Shown: in pieces, positions 18,450 to 27,346 of the stretch | How the letters are laid out: the number at the start of each line of letters is the position of its first letter | How positions within the stretch are numbered: position 1 is the first letter of the stretch | Position numbers and translations under genes: made by a program | Origin: Pseudomonadales bacterium | GTDB lineage: Bacteria > Pseudomonadota > Gammaproteobacteria > Pseudomonadales > Azotimanducaceae | DNA length: 63,471 nucleotides | Direction of reading: 5' to 3' | Assembly: GCA_007130155.1 (NCBI GenBank) | Contig: SLTB01000004.1 | Location: forward strand, 1-63,471 | The notes under the pieces: model-generated | Seen by the model: the letters and a program-made list of their open reading frames with translations, nothing else | Databases searched by the model: none | What the model was told of the DNA's origin: nothing

Positions 18450-18783
18450 TACTGAGCCAAGCCTCATCGTCTTGCCCTGGAACATGCGCTGAGTTAAGCG
18501 AATCAATGGCTTGCGTCTGCATTGGCTCAGACCGGTCGTCTTCACTCAATGCCCAAGGGCTCGGCGTCACATCCCGCCCAGCGTGCCGACAGCCCCTGCT
18601 CCTTAGCGAAGGCCCAGTGCCGGCGATGGCGCACCGGGATGCAGCCCGTTCATTGGGGAAGGGTCCATCACGGTGCGCTACCTGCTGAGACGAACCATCA
18701 GCGGGCACGGGTTGACAGCATCCATCTCGCAACGTCCACTTCGTCTTCAGCCATTGACAGCACGCCGCCGGAGCTCAAACCCC

Positions 18784-19332
18784 ATGACCACTGTCCACGA
18801 TATTGAAGTCACTGCCATCGACGGTCAGCCCCGCCGCCTGTCCGACTACAAGGGAAAGGTCCTGCTGCTGGTCAACGTCGCCTCCCAGTGCGGCCTCACG
18901 CCCCAGTACGCTCAGCTGGAAAAACTCTACGAAGACCATCGTGATGCCGGTCTGGAAGTTCTCGGCTTCCCCTGCAACCAGTTTGCTGGCCAGGAGCCGG
19001 GCAGCGAGGAGGAGATCGCTTCATTCTGCGAGAGCAACTACGGTGTTGAGTTCCCCCTCTTCGCCAAGCTCGAGGTTAACGGCCCCGGCCGTCACCCTCT
19101 CTACCAGACCCTGATCCAGGCTCAGCCCGAAGCCACGCAAAATCCGGACAGCCCCCTGCGCGGCAAGCTCACCGAAATGGGCCTGCTCGGTAACGACACC
19201 ACCGCCGTCATGTGGAACTTCGAGAAATTCCTGATCGGCCGCGACGGCCAGGTCATCGGCCGCTTCGCCCCCGACATCACCGTCGAGAATCCCGAACTGG
19301 CCTCAGCCATCGACAAGGCGCTTGCTTGCTGA
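18784..19332 (+). CDS. glutathione peroxidase (Cys-type)
   Basis: ORF trimmed to ATG 18784, after GGAG. Signatures NVASQCGLTPQY, FPCNQFAGQEPG and WNFEKFLI. The active-site residue is encoded by TGC, not TGA. Confidence 0.9.
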   Translation: MTTVHDIEVTAIDGQPRRLSDYKGKVLLLVNVASQCGLTPQYAQLEKLYEDHRDAGLEVLGFPCNQFAGQEPGSEEEIASFCESNYGVEFPLFAKLEVNGPGRHPLYQTLIQAQPEATQNPDSPLRGKLTEMGLLGNDTTAVMWNFEKFLIGRDGQVIGRFAPDITVENPELASAIDKALAC

Positions 19333-19408
19333 GATCTGAACCACTGCGGGCTTTCCGGGCTGGGAGTCCTTCCTGCGCCGATGTTCTGTCTCGTTCCAGC
19401 CCTAACAG

Positions 19409-19445
19409 GTTGCTGAAAAAGTCCGTCTGTGGACTTCTCCAGGCC
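19409..19445. repeat. copy of the GCTGAAAAAGTCCGTC..GGACTT hairpin repeat (also at 55426..55460, opposite orientation)
   Basis: ggttgctgaaaaagtccgtctgtggacttctccaggcc matches the reverse complement of 55424..55460 (ggttgctgaaaaagtccgtccatggactttttcaggcc). Confidence 0.8.
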
Positions 19446-19510
19446 CATCCATGACATGCTAACTCTGCCAACTTCAATCCAATGACAATACCAATCAGGG
19501 GAACGTCACC

Positions 19511-20023
19511 ATGCATCGAGGGATACGCCTGCTCTTCGCGGGCCTGCTCGTGGCCAGCGCCACCATTACTCACGTCGCCACGGCATCCGAAATCGAGGAC
19601 ATCCAAGAAATCGATGCTCTTTACGCCACTTGGCGGGAGGCGGTGGAAACGGGGGACATTCCAAAGTATGTCTCCGTCCTGCATCCCGAGGTTCGTCTGC
19701 TGCCCCCAGGCGCGGCAGCCATCGTCGGCGCCGGGAACTACGGGCGCTTCCTCGAACCTGTCTTTGCCGCCGCCGACTATCGGGTCGAGGTTGTTGTGCC
19801 CCACATGATCGAGGTGGCCGGTGACGTAGCCGTCGCGGAATACGAGTACGTCATCCACCTGGACATGAAAGACGCTACCGGGGGCATCAGCGAGCCGGGT
19901 GCCCTGACTGATGCGCGCACCGCAGCGCGCTACTTCGACGTGCTCAAGAAGGTCGACGGTCGCTGGAAGGTATGGCGGCATCTCTGGAACGATCCCCCGC
20001 CCGTGGCCGCTTCGATCGACTGA
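19511..20023 (+). CDS. exported SnoaL-like / DUF4440 (NTF2-fold) protein
   Basis: 170 aa with a signal peptide (LLFAGLLVASATITHVATA). IDALYATWREAVETGD and a C-terminal KKVDGRWKV pattern are typical of NTF2-like DUF4440 proteins. Confidence 0.6.
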   Translation: MHRGIRLLFAGLLVASATITHVATASEIEDIQEIDALYATWREAVETGDIPKYVSVLHPEVRLLPPGAAAIVGAGNYGRFLEPVFAAADYRVEVVVPHMIEVAGDVAVAEYEYVIHLDMKDATGGISEPGALTDARTAARYFDVLKKVDGRWKVWRHLWNDPPPVAASID

Positions 20024-20101
20024 TGGGATGGGCTGCAGCTCCAGGAGTCTGAGCGGCATAACGTTGAAGTGCTGCCGCGCAGAATCCTGGAGATCGTTGC
20101 C

Positions 20102-20782
20102 TCAGCGATCCGGATGTTCCCAGCGCTGGACACCGGAGTTGCCGGCAATCAGCACTGCGTCCGCCGCCCGCAGCGCAAACAACCCGTTGCACACTGCGCC
20201 TACCAGATCATTGAGCCGTCGTTCCATGGCTGGAGGATCCCTTAGATCCAGGCCGGCCGTATCGACGATCAGATTGCCGTTGTCGGTAGTGAATCTTTCC
20301 CGCACCTTGGGTTGGCCGCCGAGTTCGAGCAGCGCTCGCATCACCAACTCGCGAGCCATGGGCAGCACTTCGATAGGCAGCGGAAAGGCGCCCAGGGTGC
20401 CCACGCACTTGCTGTCGTCGACGATGCAAACGAAGCGTTCGGAGGCGGCGGCGACGATTTTCTCGCGGGTCAGTGCACCGCCGCCACCCTTGATCAGGTT
20501 GAGGTCGGGATCGGCTTCGTCGGCGCCGTCCACGTAGACGGCCAGGGTCCCGGCATCGTTGAGGTCGAGGACTCGGATGCCGTGACCGCTGAGTCGGTCG
20601 GCGGTGGCCTGGGAGCTGGCCACTGCGCCATCGAATTGTTGTTTGTGTCCCGCAAGCAGATCGATGAAGGCGTTGGCGGTGGAACCGGTGCCGACGCCGA
20701 TGATGGCGCCTGACACGATCTGGCCGCGGATGTCCTCGATGGCTGCTGCGGCCACCGCCTGTTTTTTGGCTGCCTGGTCCAT
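20102..20782 (-). CDS. rpiA: ribose-5-phosphate isomerase A
   Basis: 226 aa. Motifs GVGTGSTANAFIDLL, VDGADEAD and KGGGGALTREKIVA. Confidence 0.95.
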   Translation of the reverse strand: MDQAAKKQAVAAAAIEDIRGQIVSGAIIGVGTGSTANAFIDLLAGHKQQFDGAVASSQATADRLSGHGIRVLDLNDAGTLAVYVDGADEADPDLNLIKGGGGALTREKIVAAASERFVCIVDDSKCVGTLGAFPLPIEVLPMARELVMRALLELGGQPKVRERFTTDNGNLIVDTAGLDLRDPPAMERRLNDLVGAVCNGLFALRAADAVLIAGNSGVQRWEHPDR

Positions 20783-21049
20783 GCTGGGTTACCTCTACCG
20801 GCTAGGCGGCCATCTTAGCAGGCGCGTGGACGGCGGAGTGCTGGCTTGGTGGGATGAGGGTCCGTACCATCGCAGCGCCGATGGGGTTGTGGTGCTTCTT
20901 GGCTCGCGGGCATGGCTTGGGTCAGCTGCGTGGGGGCCATGGGGCGCCGGTTTGGTGGGCTGCGGACCGCACGCGGTCTCGCCCACAGGTGGGTGCAGTT
21001 TGCACAGCCGGTTGGCAGAACGCTGGGATCAGCCTATAGGAGTGCCGAC

Positions 21050-22567
21050 ATGCTCGAGCGTTACGTCAAACGGATTCTGGAAGCCCGGGTCTATGACGTT
21101 GCCATTGAGACGCCGCTTTCTGTGGCGCCGCAGCTGTCGGCTCGGTTGGACAATGAGGTTCTGATCAAGCGCGAGGATCTGCAGCCCATTCACTCTTTCA
21201 AGCTGCGCGGGGCTTACAACAAGATTGTCCGGCTGGAAGCGGAGCAGCGCAGTCGCGGTGTGATTGCCGCCTCGGCGGGTAATCATGCCCAGGGCGTGGC
21301 GCTTTCAGCAGCGCGACTGGGCATCAAGGCGCATATCGTCATGGGCCGTAATACGCCCCCCATCAAGGTCAATGCGGTCCGGGCTCTGGGTGCCCACGTG
21401 ATTCTGCATGGTGACACCTACGACGATGCGGCGAAGCATGCGGCCGAGCTGCTGGCCCAATATGGCTATACCCAGGTGCCGCCCTACGACGATGTCGACA
21501 CCATTGCCGGCCAGGGCACCGTGGGCATGGAGCTGTTGAGGCAGCATCCGGGGCAGCTCGATGCCATCTTCGTGCCGGTGGGCGGTGGGGGGCTGATCGC
21601 CGGGATCGCGGCTTATGTGAAGTATCTGCGGCCTGAGGTGCTGGTCATCGGTGTGGAGCCGCAGGGCTCTCACTGTCTGGCGGCAGCGAAGGCGGCGGGC
21701 CGACGGGTGACGCTGCCCTACGACAAGCTGGACCTGTTCGCGGATGGCGTTTCAGTGGCGCAGATCGGCAAGGAGCCGTTCCGTATTGCCAAGCGCCATG
21801 TGGACGACGTGGTGATCGTGAATACGGATGAGATCTGTGCGGCGGTGAAGGACATCTATGAGGACACCCGCTCCCTGGCGGAGCCTGCTGGTGCGCTGGC
21901 GGTGGCCGGCATGAAGGCCTGGGTGGAAAAGCAGGGCGCTGTCGGTAAGACCCTGATCGCCATCCATAGTGGGGCCAACCTCAACTTCGACCGCATGCGG
22001 CATATCTCTGAGCGGGCCGATCTCGGTGAGAGGCGCGAGGCCATTCTTGCGGTGACTATTCCTGAGCGACCGGGGAGCTTTCGTCGTTTCTGTCGGGCCA
22101 TCGGCAAGCGCAGCGTCACCGAGTTCAACTATCGCTACGCGGACCCCACCCAGGCTCATGTCTTCCTGGGCTTGTCGCTCTCGCCGGCCCGGGACCGGGA
22201 GGGGTTCGTGGCCCGCCTTTCGGAGGAGGGTTACCCGGTAGTGGACATGACGGACAACGAAATGGCCAAGCTCCATGTACGTCATCTGGTGGGTGGCCGG
22301 GGGCCTGGGGATCACCATGAGCTGATCTTCCGCTTTGAGTTTCCGGAGCGGCCGGGTGCGCTGATGAACTTCCTCACGGTGCTGGGCGAGCGATGGAACA
22401 TCTCGCTGTTTCACTACCGCAATCACGGTGCCGCCTGGGGCAGGGTGCTGGTGGGCTTCCACGCCCCGCAGTCGGATCGGCCGGCGTTGGTGAAGTCGCT
22501 GGCCGCGACGGGCTATCGCTTCTGGGAAGAGACCGACAACCCGGCCTATGCGCAGTTTCTGGCCTGA
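21050..22567 (+). CDS. ilvA: threonine ammonia-lyase, biosynthetic
   Basis: ORF trimmed to ATG 21050, after AGGAG. PLP-lysine motif HSFKLRGAYN, plus SAGNHAQGVA and two C-terminal ACT-like regulatory repeats. About 505 aa, as for IlvA. Confidence 0.95.
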   Translation: MLERYVKRILEARVYDVAIETPLSVAPQLSARLDNEVLIKREDLQPIHSFKLRGAYNKIVRLEAEQRSRGVIAASAGNHAQGVALSAARLGIKAHIVMGRNTPPIKVNAVRALGAHVILHGDTYDDAAKHAAELLAQYGYTQVPPYDDVDTIAGQGTVGMELLRQHPGQLDAIFVPVGGGGLIAGIAAYVKYLRPEVLVIGVEPQGSHCLAAAKAAGRRVTLPYDKLDLFADGVSVAQIGKEPFRIAKRHVDDVVIVNTDEICAAVKDIYEDTRSLAEPAGALAVAGMKAWVEKQGAVGKTLIAIHSGANLNFDRMRHISERADLGERREAILAVTIPERPGSFRRFCRAIGKRSVTEFNYRYADPTQAHVFLGLSLSPARDREGFVARLSEEGYPVVDMTDNEMAKLHVRHLVGGRGPGDHHELIFRFEFPERPGALMNFLTVLGERWNISLFHYRNHGAAWGRVLVGFHAPQSDRPALVKSLAATGYRFWEETDNPAYAQFLA

Positions 22568-22829
22568 GGTCCGGCTGCTGTAGGCCCCGGTGCCGGCAGC
22601 GCGATCCCTGCAGATGGCTTCTCATGGAACGAATCGTGACTCTCTGATTTGGAGGGATTTCCGTGGGCCCAACCGTGTACCTTTGGCGAGTCTGCGGCGC
22701 GCACGCGCGTGATCCGAATGCGGCTGTCCGATAGAGACTGCCGCTCCATCGGCCACCTGTTCTTTTGGCGACGGCGCAAGATCAGTTGGTGGCCCGCTAC
22801 AGAGCCCTCCTGTGGCCCGCCGGCAGGGT

Positions 22830-23378
22830 TCAATCGATGGCTTCGGCCGGGTTGCCGTAACGGGCGAATTCCTCCTCGAACATCAATTGGGTGCTGTCCT
22901 TAATGCGGTCGATGTAGAGGTGGCCGTCGAGGTGGTCGAACTCGTGCTGGAAAACGGTGGCCAGGAAGCCTTCGTAGTCCGCGCTCCGGGGCTGGCCGTC
23001 GAGATCCTGCCAACGCACGCGGATGCCGCGGGGGCGTTGGACGTAGCCGCGCAGGCCGGGTACGGACAGGCAGCCTTCCCAGAACCCTTGTTCTTCGGCG
23101 TCGCGAATTTCTATGGTGGGATTGACGTAGATCGTCAGTGGGACTTCCTCGATCTCGCCGTAGCGGCTCGGACCACCGGGAATGCGGATGATGGCGAGTC
23201 GCAGCGATTCGGCGATCTGCGGTGCGGCGAGGCCGATGCCTCCGGAGGCGGCCAGGGTGTCCACCATGTCGTCGATGAGATCGCGCAAAGCCGGGCTGGC
23301 GATCTCGTCGGCCGTTACTTCCCGTGCCCGCTGGCGCAGGGTGGGGTGCCCCATGCGGACGATCTCGCGGATGGCCAT
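22830..23378 (-). CDS. def: peptide deformylase
   Basis: 182 aa. Three PDF motifs: GIGLAAPQ, EGCLSVPG and QHEFDHLDG. Confidence 0.95.
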   Translation of the reverse strand: MAIREIVRMGHPTLRQRAREVTADEIASPALRDLIDDMVDTLAASGGIGLAAPQIAESLRLAIIRIPGGPSRYGEIEEVPLTIYVNPTIEIRDAEEQGFWEGCLSVPGLRGYVQRPRGIRVRWQDLDGQPRSADYEGFLATVFQHEFDHLDGHLYIDRIKDSTQLMFEEEFARYGNPAEAID

Positions 23379-24007
23379 CAGGGTTGTTCTCCCCTTGGCG
23401 CTGACCCGGCTGGCCTCGCGGGCAGGAAGGCCCGATCGGTGGCGATGCCGTTGAGGGGGACATCATGCTCGGCGCAGGGCAGCGCATCCACCTGCTGTAG
23501 ACCGTGGGCGAGGCCAATCAGGCGCGGCCGATAGGCCCGCGGCCGTCGGTGGTCGAACGTCCGATCGTAGAAGCCGCCGCCCATGCCCAGGCGGTTGCCG
23601 TTGGCATCGAACCCCACCAGGGGCAGGAACACCAGATCCAGCGTCCATGGTTCCAGGCTGCGCGACGTGACGGGTTCTGCAATGCCGAAACGGTTGGTCT
23701 GCCAGCGGACATCCGGTCGCCAGGGTGCGAAGCGCAGGCGCTGGCTGCCGCGGGCAATGGGGTCGATCACTGGCAGGCAGACCAGGCAGCCGCGGGCATT
23801 CAGCCATTCAGTCAGCGGGCCGGGGTCGATTTCGCCGTCCTGGGGCAGGTAGACCGCAACCCGACGCGCTCTTCGGACTTCCGGACGTACATAGAGCTGG
23901 GCAAGTACCCCGTTTGCGGCTTTGCGCTGCTCCTCCTCGGACAGCGCCCTGCGGGCATTGCGGAGTTGAAGGCGCAGGGATCTGCGGTCGTTGAGCTCAG
24001 CAGTCAC
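23378..24007 (-). CDS. ygfA: 5-formyltetrahydrofolate cyclo-ligase
   Basis: 209 aa. Its position immediately downstream of 6S RNA matches E. coli ssrS-ygfA. GMGGGFYDR motif near the C-terminus. Confidence 0.85.
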   Translation of the reverse strand: MTAELNDRRSLRLQLRNARRALSEEEQRKAANGVLAQLYVRPEVRRARRVAVYLPQDGEIDPGPLTEWLNARGCLVCLPVIDPIARGSQRLRFAPWRPDVRWQTNRFGIAEPVTSRSLEPWTLDLVFLPLVGFDANGNRLGMGGGFYDRTFDHRRPRAYRPRLIGLAHGLQQVDALPCAEHDVPLNGIATDRAFLPARPAGSAPRGEQP

Positions 24008-24225
24008 AGGCAGTCCTTATGGTGATGCGGGGCACGCCGCCCCTGGTTCTGGGAGCGGCCGTGTCCGGATCCGCTCGCCCGCAAAGTGTGTCAATGACAA
24101 ACGATACCTGGCGGCGCTGTTCGAGGATGTTGCGGGTGGTCGTGCATCCGCAGATGAATCCGCATCCACGGTTAGGTATAGAAGTATGGGGTGTAGGGGC
24201 ATGGATCGATCGTGCCGCTCGGGTA

Positions 24226-24413
24226 AAGCTCGTTCCCCGGGCGTACCGCTGTCGATAGGGCCCTTGAACCTAACAGTCCAAGGTGGAGGCTCAGGCGATG
24301 CCTCAGGCTTTCCGTCGCGCGGACATGCACACCGGCATCTGCACTTCACCCCCTGGTGCTTCTATAAGCTCGAGGACGTACACCGACTGGCGCGCATCCC
24401 AGGGAACGAGGAT
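24226..24413 (-). ncRNA. ssrS: 6S RNA
   Basis: Lies between zapA and the cyclo-ligase gene, as in E. coli. On the minus strand, 5' CUCGUUCCCUGGG pairs over 13 bp with 3' CCCGGGGAACGAG (closing stem). The 3' half CACCUUGGACUGUUAGGUUCAAGGGCCC parallels E. coli CACCUUGAACCAAGGGUUCAAGGGUUAC. Length about 188 nt; ends are approximate. Confidence 0.75.
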
Positions 24414-24490
24414 GGATCATAGCGCAGAAAGCGTGGCGCCCCAATGGATGCACTGCCAATAGACGCGATGCATGCAGCGTTGCGTTGATG

Positions 24491-24796
24491 TCAGCCGGCG
24501 CGCCGCTCACGGACTTCATCGAGTACGCGGCCGATGCGCTCGCCGAGGCGCTTGACGGCGCGTTCCGTTTCGCCTCGATTCCGGTCCAGTCCGAGGAGTT
24601 CATGGGAGAGGTTGAGTGCGGCCATGACGGCTATGCGCTCGCTGCCGACGATTTTGCCGGTGCTGCGGATTTCGCGCATCTGTGTATCGAGGTGGCGGGC
24701 GGCACGCTCTAAGGCCTCGCGTTCCTCGGTAGGGCAGTTGACCTGATAGTCACGGCCGAGAATGTTGACCGAGACGGTGACCATGGTTTCGCTCAT
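24491..24796 (-). CDS. zapA: cell division protein ZapA
   Basis: 101 aa. VSVNILGRDYQVNCPTEEREALERAARHLD matches the ZapA N-terminal domain, and a coiled-coil tail follows. Confidence 0.9.
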   Translation of the reverse strand: MSETMVTVSVNILGRDYQVNCPTEEREALERAARHLDTQMREIRSTGKIVGSERIAVMAALNLSHELLGLDRNRGETERAVKRLGERIGRVLDEVRERRAG

Positions 24797-25002
24797 CCAT
24801 CCTGCTCCAACGATTTGAGTCGGCTGATCATGGCTTCCACTTTGCTCTTGGCCAACTCGGTCTTCTCGATGAGCTGGGCGCGCTCGCTGGCCCAGTCGGA
24901 ATGCCTTCCCATCAGCGCCTGATTTTCATGTACGAGTTGCTCGCATAGGCGGACGAGTTCGTCGATGCGACGTTCGAGGGCGTGCAAATCGGACTCGCTC
25001 AT
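24793..25002 (-). CDS. small coiled-coil protein (ZapB-like / TIGR02449-type) upstream of zapA
   Basis: 69 aa with heptad-rich sequence. Its stop overlaps the zapA start. Confidence 0.6.
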   Translation of the reverse strand: MSESDLHALERRIDELVRLCEQLVHENQALMGRHSDWASERAQLIEKTELAKSKVEAMISRLKSLEQDG

Positions 25003-25170
25003 GGCCGGAACCTGGGGCAGGGCGGACGGGGAACAACCGCGTCACTATATAGGATTGGCCCAGGGGCCGGTCAACGCGGGGTCCCGACCAGTCACCGGTC
25101 GAGCGCGACACCGGTCGAGTCCAGTCATGGGAAGCAGGTATCATCGCCTTCTCTTGGTATTGGAGCTGTC

Positions 25171-25728
25171 ATGGACGCCCGTATTTCCGCCGCTGCTCTG
25201 GATTGGGACGAAACCGAGTCCCGGCTTGTTGCCTTGACTGACTGGATACGGCCTGCCGAATTGCATGGGCTGCTTTGCGGCAGCGCCTGCGCTGGTGGGG
25301 CTTTGGATGATCAGGCCTGGCTGGGGCGTCTCGTGGAGCATGCCGGTGAGGATCTCGCAGGCAAGGCTGGCGGGGAGGCCCTGATCTGGTTTCGCAACCG
25401 GGCGCTGGTCAACTTGGGCGATGCCGACCTGCGGTTCGACCTGCTTCTGCCAGGCGAGGAGGCGCCTCTTGCCGATCAGTTGGATGCCCTGGCGGCTTGG
25501 TGTTCGGGGTTTCTTTCTGGCTTCGGTCTCGCTGGCGGTCAAAGTGATCGCCTCGATGAGGATGGGGCGTCGGGCCTGGGGGATCTGGCGGCCATCGCTG
25601 ACCTGGACCCGGACACCGAAGAGGTGGACGCGGAAGAGAACTATGCGGAGCTGGTGGAGTACGTGCGGGTCGTTGTGCTGCTGCTCCTGCAGCAGCGGGT
25701 GGCGGACGAAGAGCGGGGAGCATCATGA
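25171..25728 (+). CDS. ygfB: UPF0149 family protein YgfB
   Basis: ORF trimmed to ATG 25171, after GGAG. PAELHGLLCG motif and an acidic C-terminus. Positioned before pepP, as in E. coli. Confidence 0.8.
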   Translation: MDARISAAALDWDETESRLVALTDWIRPAELHGLLCGSACAGGALDDQAWLGRLVEHAGEDLAGKAGGEALIWFRNRALVNLGDADLRFDLLLPGEEAPLADQLDALAAWCSGFLSGFGLAGGQSDRLDEDGASGLGDLAAIADLDPDTEEVDAEENYAELVEYVRVVVLLLLQQRVADEERGAS

Positions 25729-27125
25729 GCACGGCGGGCCGCAAGCGCCATTCATTGGAGAAATCTGCCGCGCCGGAAGCTGAATCTGCCATGCTGAAGG
25801 CCACCGGCATTGCTGCTGCCGAGTATGCCCGGCGTCGCCGTCGCCTCATGGACGGCCTGGCCGAGGGCGCCGTGGCGTTGATCTCGGGGGCCAGCGTACG
25901 CCTTCGCAACGGCGATACGGCCTATCCGTTCCGGCAGGATTCCAACTTTCTCTATCTCACCGGCTTCGACGAACCCCAGGGCTTGCTGGTGCTGGTTCCA
26001 GGACGCGTCCAGGGTGAGAGCATTCTTTTTTGTCGGGAGCGCGATCCCCGCGGAGAGCTCTACGACGGCGAGCGCCTCGGTCCGGAGCGGGCAGCTGCGG
26101 CTCTGGGCCTGGATCACGCCTTTCCCGTCGACGACCTCGACGACATTCTGCCTGGACTGCTCGAGGGACGGCGGCGGATCTATTTTCCGCTTGGCGGCGA
26201 CGCGGAGTTCGACCGCCGGGTGCTGGGCTGGGTCCACAGTCTGCGCAGCCGGGTGGGCTCTGATGCCCTACCGCAATGCGAATTCGCTGACATTGGCCAC
26301 ATCCTCCATGACTTGCGCCTGGTCAAGAGTGCGGCAGAACTGCGGCTGATGCGCCAGGCCGCTTCCATCTCCGCCGACGCCCATCGCCGGGCCATGCAGG
26401 CCTGTTGTCCAGGGATGAACGAGCGTGATCTGGAGGCTGAGCTGCTCTACGCCTTCCGGCGCGGTGGCGCGAGAGAGTCGGCCTACGAGTGCATCGTTGC
26501 CGCCGGTGTCCATGCCTGCACCCTGCATTACGTCTGCAACGACGGCGAGGTGCCGGAGGATGCGCTGGTGCTGATCGACGCCGGCTGCGAACTGCAGGGC
26601 TATGCTTCGGACATCACCCGGACGTTTCCGGCCTCCGGGCGCTTCACGGCGGTTCAGCGTGAACTCTACGAACTGGTGCTGGCCGCACAGCACGCCGCTA
26701 TCGACGCCGCCCGCCCTGGTGCCCATTTCAATGCGCCTCACGAGGCGGCGCAGCGGGTCTTCACCGAGGCGCTCATCAGCTATGGCCTGCTCGAGGGCGG
26801 CCTGGAGGAATTGCTGGCGACGGAAGCGGCGCGCAGATTCTGCATGCACAAGACCTCCCACTGGCTCGGTCTCGATGTCCACGATGTAGGTGATTACCGG
26901 GTGGGTGATGCCTGGCGGGTGCTTGAGCCTGGCATGGTCCTGACGGTGGAACCCGGGCTGTACTTTCCGCCCCACCTCGAAGGCGTGCCCGAACGCTTCC
27001 GTGGCATCGGCATTCGCATCGAGGACGATGTGGTCATCACCCGCGGTGAACCGGAAGTGCTCACGGGAGGGGTGCCGAAGTCGCCGGATGCCATCGAAGC
27101 CCTGATGGCCGAAAGTCTTCCATGA
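25725..27125 (+). CDS. pepP: Xaa-Pro aminopeptidase
   Basis: Collinear with E. coli PepP (YPFRQDSNFLYLTGF, LIDAGCELQGYASDITRTFP, HWLGLDVHD, GIGIRIEDD). The ATG at 25725 overlaps the ygfB stop. The alternative start at 25791 (MLKATG) gives a length closer to E. coli. Confidence 0.9.
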   Translation: MSTAGRKRHSLEKSAAPEAESAMLKATGIAAAEYARRRRRLMDGLAEGAVALISGASVRLRNGDTAYPFRQDSNFLYLTGFDEPQGLLVLVPGRVQGESILFCRERDPRGELYDGERLGPERAAAALGLDHAFPVDDLDDILPGLLEGRRRIYFPLGGDAEFDRRVLGWVHSLRSRVGSDALPQCEFADIGHILHDLRLVKSAAELRLMRQAASISADAHRRAMQACCPGMNERDLEAELLYAFRRGGARESAYECIVAAGVHACTLHYVCNDGEVPEDALVLIDAGCELQGYASDITRTFPASGRFTAVQRELYELVLAAQHAAIDAARPGAHFNAPHEAAQRVFTEALISYGLLEGGLEELLATEAARRFCMHKTSHWLGLDVHDVGDYRVGDAWRVLEPGMVLTVEPGLYFPPHLEGVPERFRGIGIRIEDDVVITRGEPEVLTGGVPKSPDAIEALMAESLP

Positions 27126-27271
27126 CCGCATCGATGACGGCCTTTTATGGAACAAGATTCAGCTTGGCGATTCGCATGTTTCTTCAGTCCGTCGACCGAT
27201 TCGCCTGGAGCGAATCGGGTCGCAGGCAGTGCGCCCGCAGGGTGCGCACCATGGATGGTGCGCAACAGCAC

Positions 27272-27346
27272 CGGCGGACCGGCAGGATGTGCCGGTATAT
27301 CCGTGTCCACAGCCGTGAATCGGTGAGATATGCGGGCTAGACGCGC
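27272..27346. repeat. about 75-bp segment spanning the ubiH upstream region and first codons, duplicated in inverted orientation at 63226..63425
   Basis: Manual alignment: the 60-nt stretch ending at 27330 is about 88 percent identical to the reverse complement of 63366..63425. The following tgaatcggtgag..atgcgggctagac matches the reverse complement of 63226..63258. Confidence 0.8.

Noticed and set aside
18784-19332. Selenocysteine in glutathione peroxidase
   Set aside because: The active-site residue in NVASQCGLT is encoded by TGC, so this is an ordinary Cys-type GPx.
24017-24349. Small ORFs (110 aa, 143 aa, 79 aa) in the zapA-ygfA gap
   Set aside because: The region is better explained by 6S RNA (closing stem plus conserved 3' motif and synteny). 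The ORFs lack RBS sequences and motifs.
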